From positions 25,854,001 through 25,918,000 of the forward strand of contig CM022679.1 in NCBI GenBank assembly GCA_012295275.1: DNA of 64,000 nucleotides, read 5' to 3'. Below are positions 1 to 23,945 of this stretch, one piece after another. The position numbers and the translations under genes were made by a program. Each line of letters opens with the position of its first letter. The stretch's first letter is position 1. The DNA is from Chrysomallon squamiferum (Eukaryota > Animalia > Mollusca). Under the pieces are notes generated by a model. The model was not told the DNA's origin, did not search any database, and saw only the letters and a program-made list of their open reading frames with translations.

Positions 1-5
1 ATAAC

Positions 6-16
6 AATAATAATAA

Positions 17-82
<66 letters not shown>

Positions 83-110
83 CATAATCATAATAAATAA
101 ATAAATAAAT
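6..110. repeat. (TAA)n microsatellite, representative of many simple repeats
   Basis: Others include (TTA)n ~996-1078 and ~23870-23960, (GA)n ~14131-14224, (CT)n ~27159-27225, compound CT/CA/TA ~39033-39170, and (TAA)/(TAAA) ~59305-59500. Confidence 0.95.
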
Positions 111-992
111 AAGATTGATATCCATGTGTGTAATACAAACAAGAAAAACACACACACAAAAAAACCTGCCTTCCAACCATAATCTCCAGTGTTACTGGAA
201 CTATATCTGTTTCACTGCCTCATGAAAACGACCCGAACGGAAGAAAAGCAGACTCGCAGTAAAAATATTTATTTTTTCGGAGTAGCTTCCCTTGATATCT
301 TCAGCGCTTGAATCTGGGTTGAAATGATATCGGGGCTTATTATGTGTACATTGTCTGACTGTTCCTCCACCTTGGATAATAAATTATCAAAGTTATTTAG
401 GAACATCACTTTTCGGTATAATGTTAGTTATAGACTGTGTGGAAGAGACCTACTGCTAAAAGTTTTTTTTGTTAGCATTTTGTTTATTTCTGATGCCTAA
501 AAAAGCAAGACATCCGCAATCTAGCAATATGAGCATTGATTAACTTCCAGCAAATCTACGAACACCAATTGAACAGACAGAGATATAAAAAGTGTTAGAA
601 AACAAACTTATGTGTTAACAAATTCTTGGTGGCACATTTTTAATTATTAGTGTTGATATTATTACAATCATCTATCAGTTGATTTTACACAAAAACATAA
701 GCCTAACACATAAAAAACAACAACAAAAAACCCCATTAATATGCAGAGCTCTCAAGTTTTGATTGTTTGATTATGGACTTAATATTGTTCGTTCGATTTT
801 AGCACCCAAATTGTTGTTCATTCGTTAAATCAGAAAGAAACAAACCGACCATAATATTACATGTATTATGTACGTAGTGGCAAGATATGCTGACTAAAAA
901 CATTTCTGTTGTTTCGGACACTGAATTGACTTCGATAAATACATGTGAATTATATATTACCAAAAGTTATTTCTTTCTGTGTGCAGTTGCTG

Positions 993-1080
<88 letters not shown>

Positions 1081-2840
1081 TAATTAATTAATTAATTAAA
1101 ATTAATTAAACAATTTATTTATTTATTTATTTGTTTATTTATTTGTGTAATTTTCTCCTTTTTAATCAACATTTCTTAAAATACTGTATAGTAGAAAAAA
1201 TAAGAATTTAGTCTTCTAACACTGACTATACTAATTGCTGTATAATGCGGTAACGTACTGATTGAATTTAAGATGTCTGTTTTGGTATTTCAGGTGTATG
1301 TATGTAAGCATTTAAAATATTTAAAATACGTGATAAACTAAAAATTAAAAAATACACGATTAACTAATACAGACCATCTTTACTAAACTCTTAATTAGGA
1401 TGCCTTAATGAATTTTTTTTAATTTTTAAAATTTTTTTTATATGTGTTATATATCTATTTATTTATTTGTTTGTTTAAGGATATTTTATATTAGTTTGAT
1501 ATTACATTTTCATAATAACTGGTTTTGTAAAAGCTAATCATGAATCACTTTCAAACTGGCGATTTTACTGTTGTACTTTACACTATGTAAATCACATACA
1601 TAGAAACTTTTACTCTTTTACGATGTTGATACCAATGGTTAATTGGTGGTTCTTACATTATTTTTATTTTTATGATTTACATATTTTTCTTTCAGATAAA
1701 AAATAAGTGGGTTTCAGTTTTGAAACATTTTACTTATAATTACAAAATTAATTTAGCTGTAATTTTTATTTTAAAAAGAGAATTTTATAAAATTTTAATA
1801 GAAATAAATAGACGTTTATATGTATTTCTAAAATAAAGTTCTGATAGTGATGTCGTTTTTTAATTTTTATTTTTCTTCACCCCATTTCAAAATTTTTTAA
1901 GCTTAAAGTCCTAGATTAAATTTTATGATAGAAGTTGTATGTGTTATACTCCGTCCCCTTTTATGACCAGAATATTCATTCAGTATTGAAAAAAAATATA
2001 TCAATTTTCTCAGTTTTACTGCAAAACAAAGTTTTTATTTCTTTTAACAGTTTTATTATTTGGAAGTATTAGAACGTTCCCATTAAAAATTACATGTTAA
2101 TTGCAAACCACAGGCAACCTCTTATTGATTCTCTGAGACAAGTGACTTCAAAATAAGGTTTAATGCAGTTAGTAATTCATAATCTCAGTAGACTCATTAG
2201 CTAAATAACAGCAACAGAAACAAAAAAAAACAACAACAACAAAAAAAAAAAAAAAAAAAAAAGAAAGAATTAAAACATTATCTTTGAATTTAGTTTTTAT
2301 ATATAACAAATCCAAAAACTTGTATTTTCAAGAATTTTATTTTTATTCAAACCACAACAAAAATTTCTCGACCTGAACTAACATCAGACTGACCGTTGCT
2401 CGTGTTCAGTTTATTAATTTCTAAATACTTGCAAACAATATTTTCTAAGTATGAATCAAACATAAAAAAAAAAAAAATCTAAGTATGTTAATTTAAGTTA
2501 TTGGCTGTCAGCAATAAAACAGAAAAGAATGAGAATCTCTGCCCCATATTTGTGTAAATGAAACCACAAATGTGTGCTATAACTATTTAAAATAAATAAT
2601 AATTGTTGTCTGGTCCGTGAAGGTAAACAATAGAACTGTATACAAAATAAACCATCACAGACTGAGGATTCTTTATACATAATTAGAAACTTTTTCCGAG
2701 CAGCGGAAATAGTGATTTTTATATTTTTACGAGAGTATACAAACTTTATTTCATGCACGAAGTTATTAAATTACATTAAAAAAAAATGTATACAGAATTT
2801 ATTTTTATTTCATGTGCAATGTTCGATTCTATTTCCCAAC

Positions 2841-2898
2841 ATTCCGAAATCTAAACGCTTCACGTTCCAGGTATTTTGGATACGAAATTCCCAACCTC
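2841..2898. mobile_element. Degenerate Tigger/pogo-type (MER46/Zombi-like) terminal fragment
   Basis: attccgaaatctaaacgcttcacgttccaggtattttggatacgaaattcccaacct resembles the terminus of Tigger4-like elements as recalled; no alignment was run. Confidence 0.4.
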
Positions 2899-3564
2899 TT
2901 AATATTTATATTAAATATAATTTTATTTAAAGATTTAAATGTAGTTGCAGTGATCTAACTGCATTATCACGTGATAAAATAACGGTAAAGATTTTCACGC
3001 TTTCATACTCGGAGTCGGTTACCGTTGTCAGTAGCTGCTAACAAACAAATCTACACGGCAAAGTGTACACGCAGTATGAATTTAACACAGTATTATTGAT
3101 ATCTCGGGAACTGCTATATATTTATAAGAACAAATACACCTCACGGCATGACTTATTTATATGAGTTAAATGTTATGAATATATTAAAATCTCGCAATAG
3201 CCTTCAAATTGTCGTTAGTTATTTTATTATTATTATTATTACAGAATTTAAAAAATATATTTTATATTGTTATTCCGATTGTTTTCTTCATTTTTATTTA
3301 GCAGGTGTTAATAAACGTGCGTATACCATTTTCATTATATGCAGACAATAATTTAGAACAATGCTAAACATGCAGATTAATATTTCTTCTTCGTTATTTT
3401 TTTTTTTTTTCGTGAAATTTCTACTTGTGACTAAACAACATATTTGTTTAGACTAAATCTGAAAGAAGAATTATTAAAATATAAATTGTATTAATGAAAA
3501 AACTGCTTTAAAGTTTCCTGACGAAATCAGTTATTTATGTCTATTATGTTTTAGTTCACTTAGT

Positions 3565-4047
3565 TTAAGCAAAACAACCACAAGAAACTCCTTCATATAT
3601 CATGGTGTATTCGTACGTTGTAGGCTGACTTTCTTTCTTACATTGTTGATTAAGCTTATAGGTTTTATTGGTCATCAATTTTTCTGAATTGGCTAAACAT
3701 TGTTCGGCAGCCCATTCAGCTGTTTTGTTATTAGTAACCATCATGAAATGTTTTTCTTCACCAATTGATGGCTTGTAGAAGCCGATGTACAAACTCAGTT
3801 CAGTATTTCCAATTTCAAATTCCAGGCCAACTTTAAGTTCGGATGTTAAATCAGAAAGCTCTGCAGCTATGGCATCTGTAGCCTTGACCTCTTTTGGTTT
3901 GCATGGTTTTATTTCTGTATTTGATGGTTCAGGAAGAGAAAGTTTCCATGTTTTTGATGAGAAGTATGGTGGTTTTTTGAACTTGAGAAGTTTCGGGGTT
4001 TTATTAATGATCTGAAAAGCCAGTCTTTTCTCATTTTCAGGGATGTC
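3565..4047 (-). CDS. Exon 7 (terminal): domain 6, ending ...YEGVSCGCFA*
   Basis: Acceptor atttacag|GAC. 483 nt to the TAA at 3565. Confidence 0.8.
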   Translation of the reverse strand, partial: DIPENEKRLAFQIINKTPKLLKFKKPPYFSSKTWKLSLPEPSNTEIKPCKPKEVKATDAIAAELSDLTSELKVGLEFEIGNTELSLYIGFYKPSIGEEKHFMMVTNNKTAEWAAEQCLANSEKLMTNKTYKLNQQCKKESQPTTYEYTMIYEGVSCGCFA

Positions 4048-7000
4048 CTGTAAATAAATATTAAAATCAAATATAAAGTTCATTATAACTGATACATGAT
4101 ATTTCAGAAATATATATCATGCAGCATAATTAGAAAATCGCTTTTTAATATAGACAAGTTTAAAAAATAATATTTATATCGTCTGTAGAGCCTTGAAATT
4201 CTCAGCCCACAAACAGAAGAAAAGAAAGTACAAAAAGCTAAGCAGAAATATTTTTCATCTACTTTAGGCTTTCGCAAAGCTGAGAAGAAATAATTTAATA
4301 CAATAAACATCAGAACATTTCTTATTTTCTGTTTATTGTTTTAATGTACTGTGTTAATATGAATGATTAATTTGTGTTTTTTATTCTATTAAAATTTTGA
4401 TGATTTACTTATTTTTCTTTCAAATGAGATAGGTGGGTTTCAGTTTACTTATGATTACAAATTTAATTATACAGTAATTTTCTCATTTATTTTCACAAAA
4501 ATATTTCCTGTCTTAATAAAAGTAGCATCAATTAAATGTAAGAAGAACATTTAAAAAAAAATTGTCATCCCATTTCAAATTTAAAAAACAACAATTCAAA
4601 AGCATATGCATATATTTACACATATGCGTCCATATCTTCATGCATACATGTTTACAGTCACATACATTCGTGTATATACATACACAAACATGAAAACAAA
4701 ACACACACACACACAGACACAGAAATACATACTATATACATACATATTTAATGGTGTATGTAAAAACTGTATGCCGTTCTTCGCTCTTGCTTTGATGTTG
4801 GAACTGAAAGTTTTTTTCACTCTGTGTCGCATCTGAGTCCTGGAGACATTTTTCCACGGCCCATTTAGCTGTTTTACCCTGAGCAATCTGCATGAAATAT
4901 TTTTCTTTGCCGTTTTCTGATCTGTAGAAGCCGATGTACAAACTCAGTTCAGTATTTTTAATTTTAAATTCCAGGCCCACTTTAATTTCGGATCGTAAAC
5001 CACGAAGATCTGTAGTTATGACATCTTTTGGTTCGTATGGTTTTATTTCTGATTCTGGAGGCTCGGATTGAGAAATGACCCATCCTTGTGATGGGAAGAA
5101 GTTTTCTTTGAACAGGAAAATTTCCGGGGTTTCATTAATGATCTGAAAAGCCAGTCTTTTCTCATTTTCAGGGATATTCTGTAAAATAAATGTTAAAAAT
5201 TGAAGGTTAAGTTTATTATAACCGATATATGATATTCCAGAAATAAACATCCTGCAGCATAATTAGAAAATCGCTTTTTAATATAGACAAGTTTAAAAGT
5301 AACATTTATATCTTCTGTCTAGACTTGAAATTCTCAGCCCACAAACAGAAGAAAAGAAAGTACAAAAAGCTAAGCAGAAATATTTTTCATCTACTTTAGG
5401 CTTTCGCAAAGCTGAGAAGAAATAATTTAATACAATAAACATCAGAACATTTCTTATTTTCTGTTTATTGTTTTAATGTACTGTGTTAATATGAATGATT
5501 AATTTGTGTTTTTTATTCTATTAAAATTTTGATGATTTACTTATTTTTCTTTCAAATGAGATAGGTGGGTTTCAGTTTACTTATGATTACAAATTTAATT
5601 ATACAGTAATTTTCTCATTTATTTTCACAAAAATATTTCCTGTCTTAATAAAAGTAGCATCAATTAAATGTAAGAAGAACATTTAAAAAAAAATTGTCAT
5701 CCCATTTCAAATTTAAAAAACAACAATTCAAAAGCATATGCATATATTTACACATATGCGTCCATATCTTCATGCATACATGTTTACAGTCACATACATT
5801 CGTGTATATACATACACAAACATGAAAACAAAACACACACACACACAGACACAGAAATACATACTATATACATACATATTTAATGGTGTATGTAAAAACT
5901 GTATGCCGTTCTTCGCTCTTGCTTTGATGTTGGAACTGAAAGTTTTTTTCACTCTGTGTCGCATCTGAGTCCTGGAGACATTTTTCCACGGCCCATTTAG
6001 CTGTTTTACCCTGAGCAATCTGCATGAAATATTTTTCTTTGCCGTTTTCTGATCTGTAGAAGCCGATGTACAAACTCAGTTCAGTATTTTTAATTTTAAA
6101 TTCCAGGCCCACTTTAATTTCGGATCGTAAACCACGAAGATCTGTAGTTATGACATCTTTTGGTTCGTATGGTTTTATTTCTGATTCTGGAGGCTCGGAT
6201 TGAGAAATGACCCATCCTTGTGATGGGAAGAAGTTTTCTTTGAACAGGAAAATTTCCGGGGTTTCATTAATGATCTGAAAAGCCAGTCTTTTCTCATTTT
6301 CAGGGATATTCTGTAAAATAAATGTTAAAAATTGAAGGTTAAGTTTATTATAACCGATATATGATATTCCAGAAATAAACATCCTGCAGCATAATTAGAA
6401 AATCGCTTTTTAATATAGACAAGTTTAAAAGTAACATTTATATCTTCTGTCTAGACTTGAAATTCTCAGCCCACAAACACCAGAAGAGAAAGTACAAAAA
6501 GCTAATCAGAAATATTTTTCATCTACTTTAGGCTTTCGCAAAGCTGAGAAGAAATAATTTAATAGTATAAACATCAGAACATGTCTGTATTTTCTATATT
6601 TTGTTTTAATGTACTGTGTTAATATGAATGATTAATTTGTGGTTTTAATTTTATTAAAATTTTGATGATTTACTTTTGTGATTTTATGATTACAAATTTA
6701 ATTATACACTAATTTTCTCATTTATTTTCACAAAAATATTTCATATCTTAATAAAAGTAGCATCAATTAAATGTAAGAAGAAGATTTTAATTTTTTATCA
6801 TCCCATTTCAAATTTAAAAAACAACAATTCAAAAACATATGCTTATATTTACACATATGCGCCCACATCTTCATGCATGCATGTTTCAGTCACACACATT
6901 CGTATATATACATACACAAACATGAAAACAAAACACACACACACACACACACACAGAGACACAGAGACACAGAAATACATAAAATATACATACATATTTA

Positions 7001-7825
7001 ATGTTGTATGTAAAAACTGTACGCCGTTCGTCGCTCTTGCTTTGATGGAGGACCTGAAAATTTCCACTCTGTGTCACATCTGAATTCTGGAGACATGTTT
7101 CCGCGGCCCATTTTGCCGTTTTACCCTGAGCAACCTGCATGAAATATTTTTCTTCGCCATCTTCTGATCTGTAGAAGCCGATGTACAAACTCAGTTTAGA
7201 GTTTTTAATTTCAAATTCCAGGCCAGCTTTAAATTCGGATAGTAAACCACGAAGCTCTGCAGTTATGACATCTTTTGGTTCGGATGGTTTTATTTCTGAA
7301 CCTTTTGACACAGAATCAGAAGTGTGCCATCCTTCTGATGGGAAGCATCCATCTTTGTACAGGAGAAGTTGCGGGGTTTCATTAATGATCTGAAAATCCA
7401 ATCTTTGCTCATTTTCAGGGATGTCCTGTAAAATAAATGTAAAAATCAAAGGTTAAATTCATTATAATTGATACATGATATTCCAGAAATAACTATCCTG
7501 CAGCAGAATTAGAAAATAACTTTTTAATATAGACAAGTCTAAAAAGTAATAGTTACATTTTTTTCTCATGTTCAGGAATTCACTTTAAATAATGGTGAGA
7601 TCAAAATTAATATTAAGTTATAATTGCTGAAAGATTTTATATATTTCAGTATTAATTTTTCAATCTTCTTCTTCTTCTTATTATTATTATAAGTAGTAAT
7701 ACTAAATAATAACACAAAAATGTTAAACAGAGTTATCATAGATATACTTTTATAGTGTCTTCAAATTAATTTACAGTATTATTAGTTATTATGTACTGAG
7801 CTAATAGATTTCTTCCGAGTGAATG

Positions 7826-7864
<39 letters not shown>

Positions 7865-9969
7865 GGCACATGCGCACGATAAATAATATTTATGATGATG
7901 TAAAATAAAGTTAGAAAATGAAAATATTTTTGCTTACTACCTTTTCAATAGTGTAACAAAATGTTTTATCTTCTATTTCAGCACGTAAACTGTAGCCACG
8001 ATACGTTTTGTCTTCGCCATCTTTGATTGCTTCTTTGCAGGCCCATTCAGCTGATTTATCGTTCTTTATGTCAATGAATGTTTTTAGACCTTTCGCTGTT
8101 GTCTTACTAAAGCCAATGTACAAGGATACTTTTTGTCCTAAGAAGGTATATTCTAGTCCACCAGCCACTTCATCTAAACGTCCACTAGGATCTGTCATAA
8201 TGATGGTTTCGGTTTCATTAGCTGCGATGGTGCATTCTTTCTCCAAAGTAGTTTTATATTTCATGTATTTATTTTTGTACTTTAGATCATCGGGAGTTTT
8301 GTTGGTAATCTTTAATTGGAGTATATCCTGTACAAAATATTATAAAAATATTACAGTTTGTTTTAATTATTAATGTATTGATTTATTCATTCATGCATAA
8401 ATAATATAAATGTTTTATTATTATTGTTATTATGGGTTGTTGATTGTTGTTGCTGTATTATAACGTATATCTGTATATTTGGTTCTCTAACGTATTTTTT
8501 TCCAGTTGATAAACTAATTTGTTAAACACCTTTTGTTTTAATAGATCATTTGAACCTATTAAGAGTGGAGACAAATCTTATTTACACTAGTGTTACTCAG
8601 CAAAAGTACAGCAAGAGTATGTATATTAAATGTAAAAAACAAAATCATCAAATTAATAAAAATGACATAAATTAAATCCATTATTTCTCACAACAAAATG
8701 TAACGACAGAATACCCATTTTCATATATACATAGAGAACTCTGTTATATTATTAGGATTCAACACTTATTAAAATAATTGCAATATAATGTACAGACTGA
8801 ATACAAGAGACATGTTTTGTATTTAAGGTGTATGTATGAATATAGCTATGCACAATGTTTAAAATACGTGATTAAAAGCAGGCTTGGCAAATGTAGACCA
8901 TCATTATTAATTTTTTGATTGAGCTGTCTGAGTTATGAAACTAATGTCGAGGTTTTATTTAAAAAAAAAAAATTAATTTCATTTTATTTTTTCGGTGTGT
9001 TCTTTTAAAAAAAATCTATTAATATCTTTATTTATTTATTTATTTAATTATTTATTAAGTATGTACTTATTTATTTATTACATCATGCAATAATTTTATA
9101 TTCGCTCAAAAATACTTTTTGTGTATATATGTGTGCGTATGTGTGTGTGTATGTGTGTGTGAAGTAAAGTATATTAAACTGACCTTTCTAATAGTGAAAG
9201 CGAACTTCTTAAACTTTGATTTGATTGGATTCGCTGGGCAACATGACAGATGGTAACCTTTATCTGTCTTGGTCTTATCAATCCCGTTACTGTTATTCTC
9301 ACAAGCCCACTCTGCTGATTTATTCTTATCAACAGCTATGAAAGACTTGTAGTTACCTCTCGAAGGATTCTCAAACCCAGTGTAAAAGTTCAAGCCAGTT
9401 CTTCCTATTTCAAATTCGACGCCACCTTTCACACCTTCCCATGTAGCTTGACGATTTGCGACTTGTCCACACCCTGTCTGACTGGGTCTGATGTGTTGGA
9501 GATCAGGAGAAGTAAACCATTCTCCTTCTTTGAAATAACTTGATTTTAAATGGAGGTTGCTGTTTGTTTGATTATTGACCTCAATTTCCAGAGATCGGAA
9601 TCTCTGGGAGAATTCTTTAGTTCCCTCAATATATTCCACACCTGTCTTCAGTCTGTTTTTAAAATAAAAACGCACAACTAAAATATCCATCATTAAGATA
9701 ATTAACACAGGATATTTTTCTTTCTTTTTTCTTTGCTATTTTAACTGTTAAGTAGCACCACATTATTCTGAGATTAATAACATGTAACATATTATTGATT
9801 TTCCTAGTTAGCAAAAATATAATTAACCAAAGCTGATTTGATTATGCAAAGTAAGGATGCCATGTTAAAATATGTTTTGTATGTTTTAAAATGTATCAAT
9901 AAATTAATTACATAATTATTTATATCATTAATTAACCGGTTAATATAAACATTCTACTATAAATGTAAA

Positions 9970-10023
<54 letters not shown>

Positions 10024-10104
10024 ACATAATACTAACGCATTACTAGCAGCTTCTGAAGTCAACAATTTTGCGGCACCCGACACTAGATTACCCAACCAGG
10101 CCAT
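3565..10104 (-). CDS. Multi-exon gene encoding an ~900 aa protein with six tandem aegerolysin/Cry34/actinoporin-like beta-sandwich domains
   Basis: Hand-spliced model complement(join(3565..4047,4744..5178,5876..6310,6994..7425,7938/7941..8327,9184..9652,10037..10104)). All junctions are GT-AG and phase-consistent (intron 1 phase 2, all others phase 0), with no internal stops. The exons are mutually homologous (I.N.T, GLEF.I, LYIGF, K(S/T)A(E/K)WA). The gene structure is well supported; the family call is by resemblance only. Confidence 0.8.
4744..5178 (-). CDS. Exon 6: domain 5, same translation as exon 5
   Basis: Copy of exon 5 offset by 1132 bp, with the same splice sites. The ORF-track translations are identical. 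Confidence 0.8.
5876..6310 (-). CDS. Exon 5: domain 4 (NIPENEKRLAFQIINETP...)
   Basis: Acceptor ttttacag|AAT, donor TAT|GTATGT. 435 nt, phase 0-0. Confidence 0.85.
6994..7425 (-). CDS. Exon 4: domain 3 (DIPENEQRLDFQIINETP...)
   Basis: Acceptor ttttacag|GAC, donor TAT|GTATGT. 432 nt, phase 0-0. Confidence 0.85.
7938..8327 (-). CDS. Exon 3: domain 2 (DILQLKITNKTPDDL...GGLEYTF...LYIGF...KSAEWAC)
   Basis: Acceptor ttttgtacag|GAT. Two possible phase-0 donors: AAG|GTAGTA (7941) or GTA|GTAAGC (7938). Homologous to the other exons. Confidence 0.8.
9184..9652 (-). CDS. Exon 2: domain 1, the most canonical aegerolysin/Cry34/actinoporin-like domain
   Basis: Acceptor aaaaacag|A, donor AAG|GTCAGT. Encodes RSLEIEVNNQTNSNLHLKSSYFKEGEWFTSP...GVKGGVEFEIG..LNFYTGFENPSRGNYK, which resembles the Cry34/aegerolysin pattern (I.V.N.T...L......G.W.TSP; G..G...Y; F.NP..G..K). 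Confidence 0.8.
10037..10104 (-). CDS. Exon 1 of the tandem-domain gene: MAWLGNLVSGAAKLLTSEAASN(A)
   Basis: ATG at 10104 (gaaagaATGG), donor GC|GTTAGT. 68 nt, phase 2, joins in frame to the acceptor at 9652. Too short to appear in the ORF track. Confidence 0.75.
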
Positions 10105-10224
10105 TCTTTCTTCAGTTCTTTACTTGATTTCTTCTTTTCCCCTTGTCATCGTTCGACTGGTTAGTTAACACTGTCTGACATTGTATGCACCAATCATGTA
10201 ATAAACTAACAAAGCGCTCTTCTC

Positions 10225-10232
10225 TTTTTATA
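10225..10232 (-). promoter_or_regulatory. Putative TATA box (TATAAAAA) of the tandem-domain gene
   Basis: TATAAAAA on the minus strand about 120 bp upstream of the ATG at 10104. The AT-rich background weakens its specificity. Confidence 0.5.
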
Positions 10233-10292
10233 TCTCGGAGTCGTTACTAATAAACAAACCTGTCCAGCGTAATTGCTATCGTAGATTTCACG

Positions 10293-10500
10293 GAGAAATA
10301 CGCATACAAAGACCTCGTACACATGTACTGTGAATTTAATACAGTAGTGTTATTTCTCGGGAAAATGTACGTACAAAGACTTCGTACACATGTACTGTGA
10401 ATTTAATACAGTAGTGTTATTTCTCGGGAAAATGTACGTACAAAGACTTCGTACACATGTACTGTGAATTTAATACAGTAGTGTTGATTTATCGGGAACT
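10293..10500. repeat. 67-bp tandem repeat (x3) in the proximal promoter, with TTCTCGGGAA motifs
   Basis: acatgtactgtgaatttaatacagtagtgtt recurs at 10321, 10388 and 10455. Confidence 0.9.
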
Positions 10501-10836
10501 CCTATGTGTTTATAACAATGTAGATAATTAAAAAGTTTCTTTTTAGCATATTTATATAGGTTAAGGGGTTTATCAACAATTATATAGAAACCTTTCAGAC
10601 ATTAAGTTATTAATTATTATTATTATTATTATTAATATTATTATTATTAAGGGATTTTTAAAATTTATTTAATTTTTTTGTCATTCTACTTGTTTTCTTT
10701 ATTTTTGGCAGATTTTAATAAGTTAGCTTGAGAGAATATTCTTTACATTATACAAACTAATATGCTAAATATGTTTCTCTCTGTTATGTATTTATCTATT
10801 CTTGATGTTATTGCTGTTCATATTATTATTATTATA

Positions 10837-10868
<32 letters not shown>

Positions 10869-11554
10869 CTCTTAAACTAATGTGCTGTTTCTTCAGATCG
10901 GGAAGATTTTTAAGAGAAAAAAAATCACACAGAAAAATTAATTATTCTTAAAATTCTTACAAACTACACTGACTGCATTTTATAAATGAAATTCTTTTAA
11001 TTTTTAACTTTACGTTTTAAAAATATTATTTGATTTTATTTCATTTCTTATCTAATAACTTATTTATTTTCATTATTATTTTGTTATTATTATATTAATG
11101 TAATAAAACAACAACAAACAAAATAAAAGTGAAGTGGTTCTTATTGAATCTCATTTTCAGCAGATAGACAGACAGATATGTTTGTATGTTTTTAAGGTTA
11201 TGAAGTAGAAAGATGGGTATTCTGAAAGCAGTTTTATAGAAAAAAAGATCCATAAGTGTACTATACATATTTCAGTTAAACAAGACTTTAAAAACTATTT
11301 CTATTTTGTCCTATGTTCGCTAAATCAGAACGAAAAAGATTACATACTGCTCAAAGTTATTTCTTTAGTGTTTAACAAATAACCTGTCGTTATTCAAGAA
11401 TTACTAATTATGTTTTTTATATTAATTATTCTACCTGTGGTCTATTTATTGTTATATTATACAACATCCTTGAATGCGTTTTGATCTTTTGGATAGTTAC
11501 TAATTTACTTGGCAAAACAAAATTTTTTATTTCTTCTATACCTTTTTTCTCTTC

Positions 11555-11617
<63 letters not shown>

Positions 11618-11639
11618 ATGCTATCAACTATTCATTGAG

Positions 11640-23720
<12,081 letters not shown>

Positions 23721-23869
23721 TTAATACCAGGGATCATTAGATAGGGGTGGGGGGGGGCAACGCGGGAGAAAAACTCGCCCTGTCGAACTAAACTTCACCT
23801 TATTTTTAACCAGGTTCCAAATTGCCTTCGTTTTTCATTTTTTAATTAATTAATTAATTAATTTATTTA

Positions 23870-23945
<76 letters not shown>

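Larger units (their letters stand above)
4193..6479. repeat. Near-perfect 1132-bp tandem duplication of an exon+intron unit
   Basis: Sequence at ~4193-5347 recurs at ~5325-6479. A more diverged third unit continues to ~7550. Confidence 0.95.

Noticed and set aside
166-206. Possible short minus-strand exon (aaacag|ATATAG...GGCAG|gttttt)
   Set aside because: Weak donor, no recognisable peptide, and no partner exons within the window.
4732-7449. ORF-track starts such as MFISGISY... and MIFTFILQ... as independent single-exon genes
   Set aside because: Homology begins exactly at the AG acceptor and ends at the GT donor; the extensions are intronic.
10120-10149. Upstream ATG (MTRGKEEIK*) as the gene start
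   Set aside because: It terminates after nine codons; at most it is a uORF.
10293-10500. CRISPR-like array or LexA-box-like palindromes (ctgt-N9-acag)
   Set aside because: The units are identical along their length with no unique spacers and no cas genes. The spacing differs from the CTGT-N8-ACAG box, and the context is eukaryotic.
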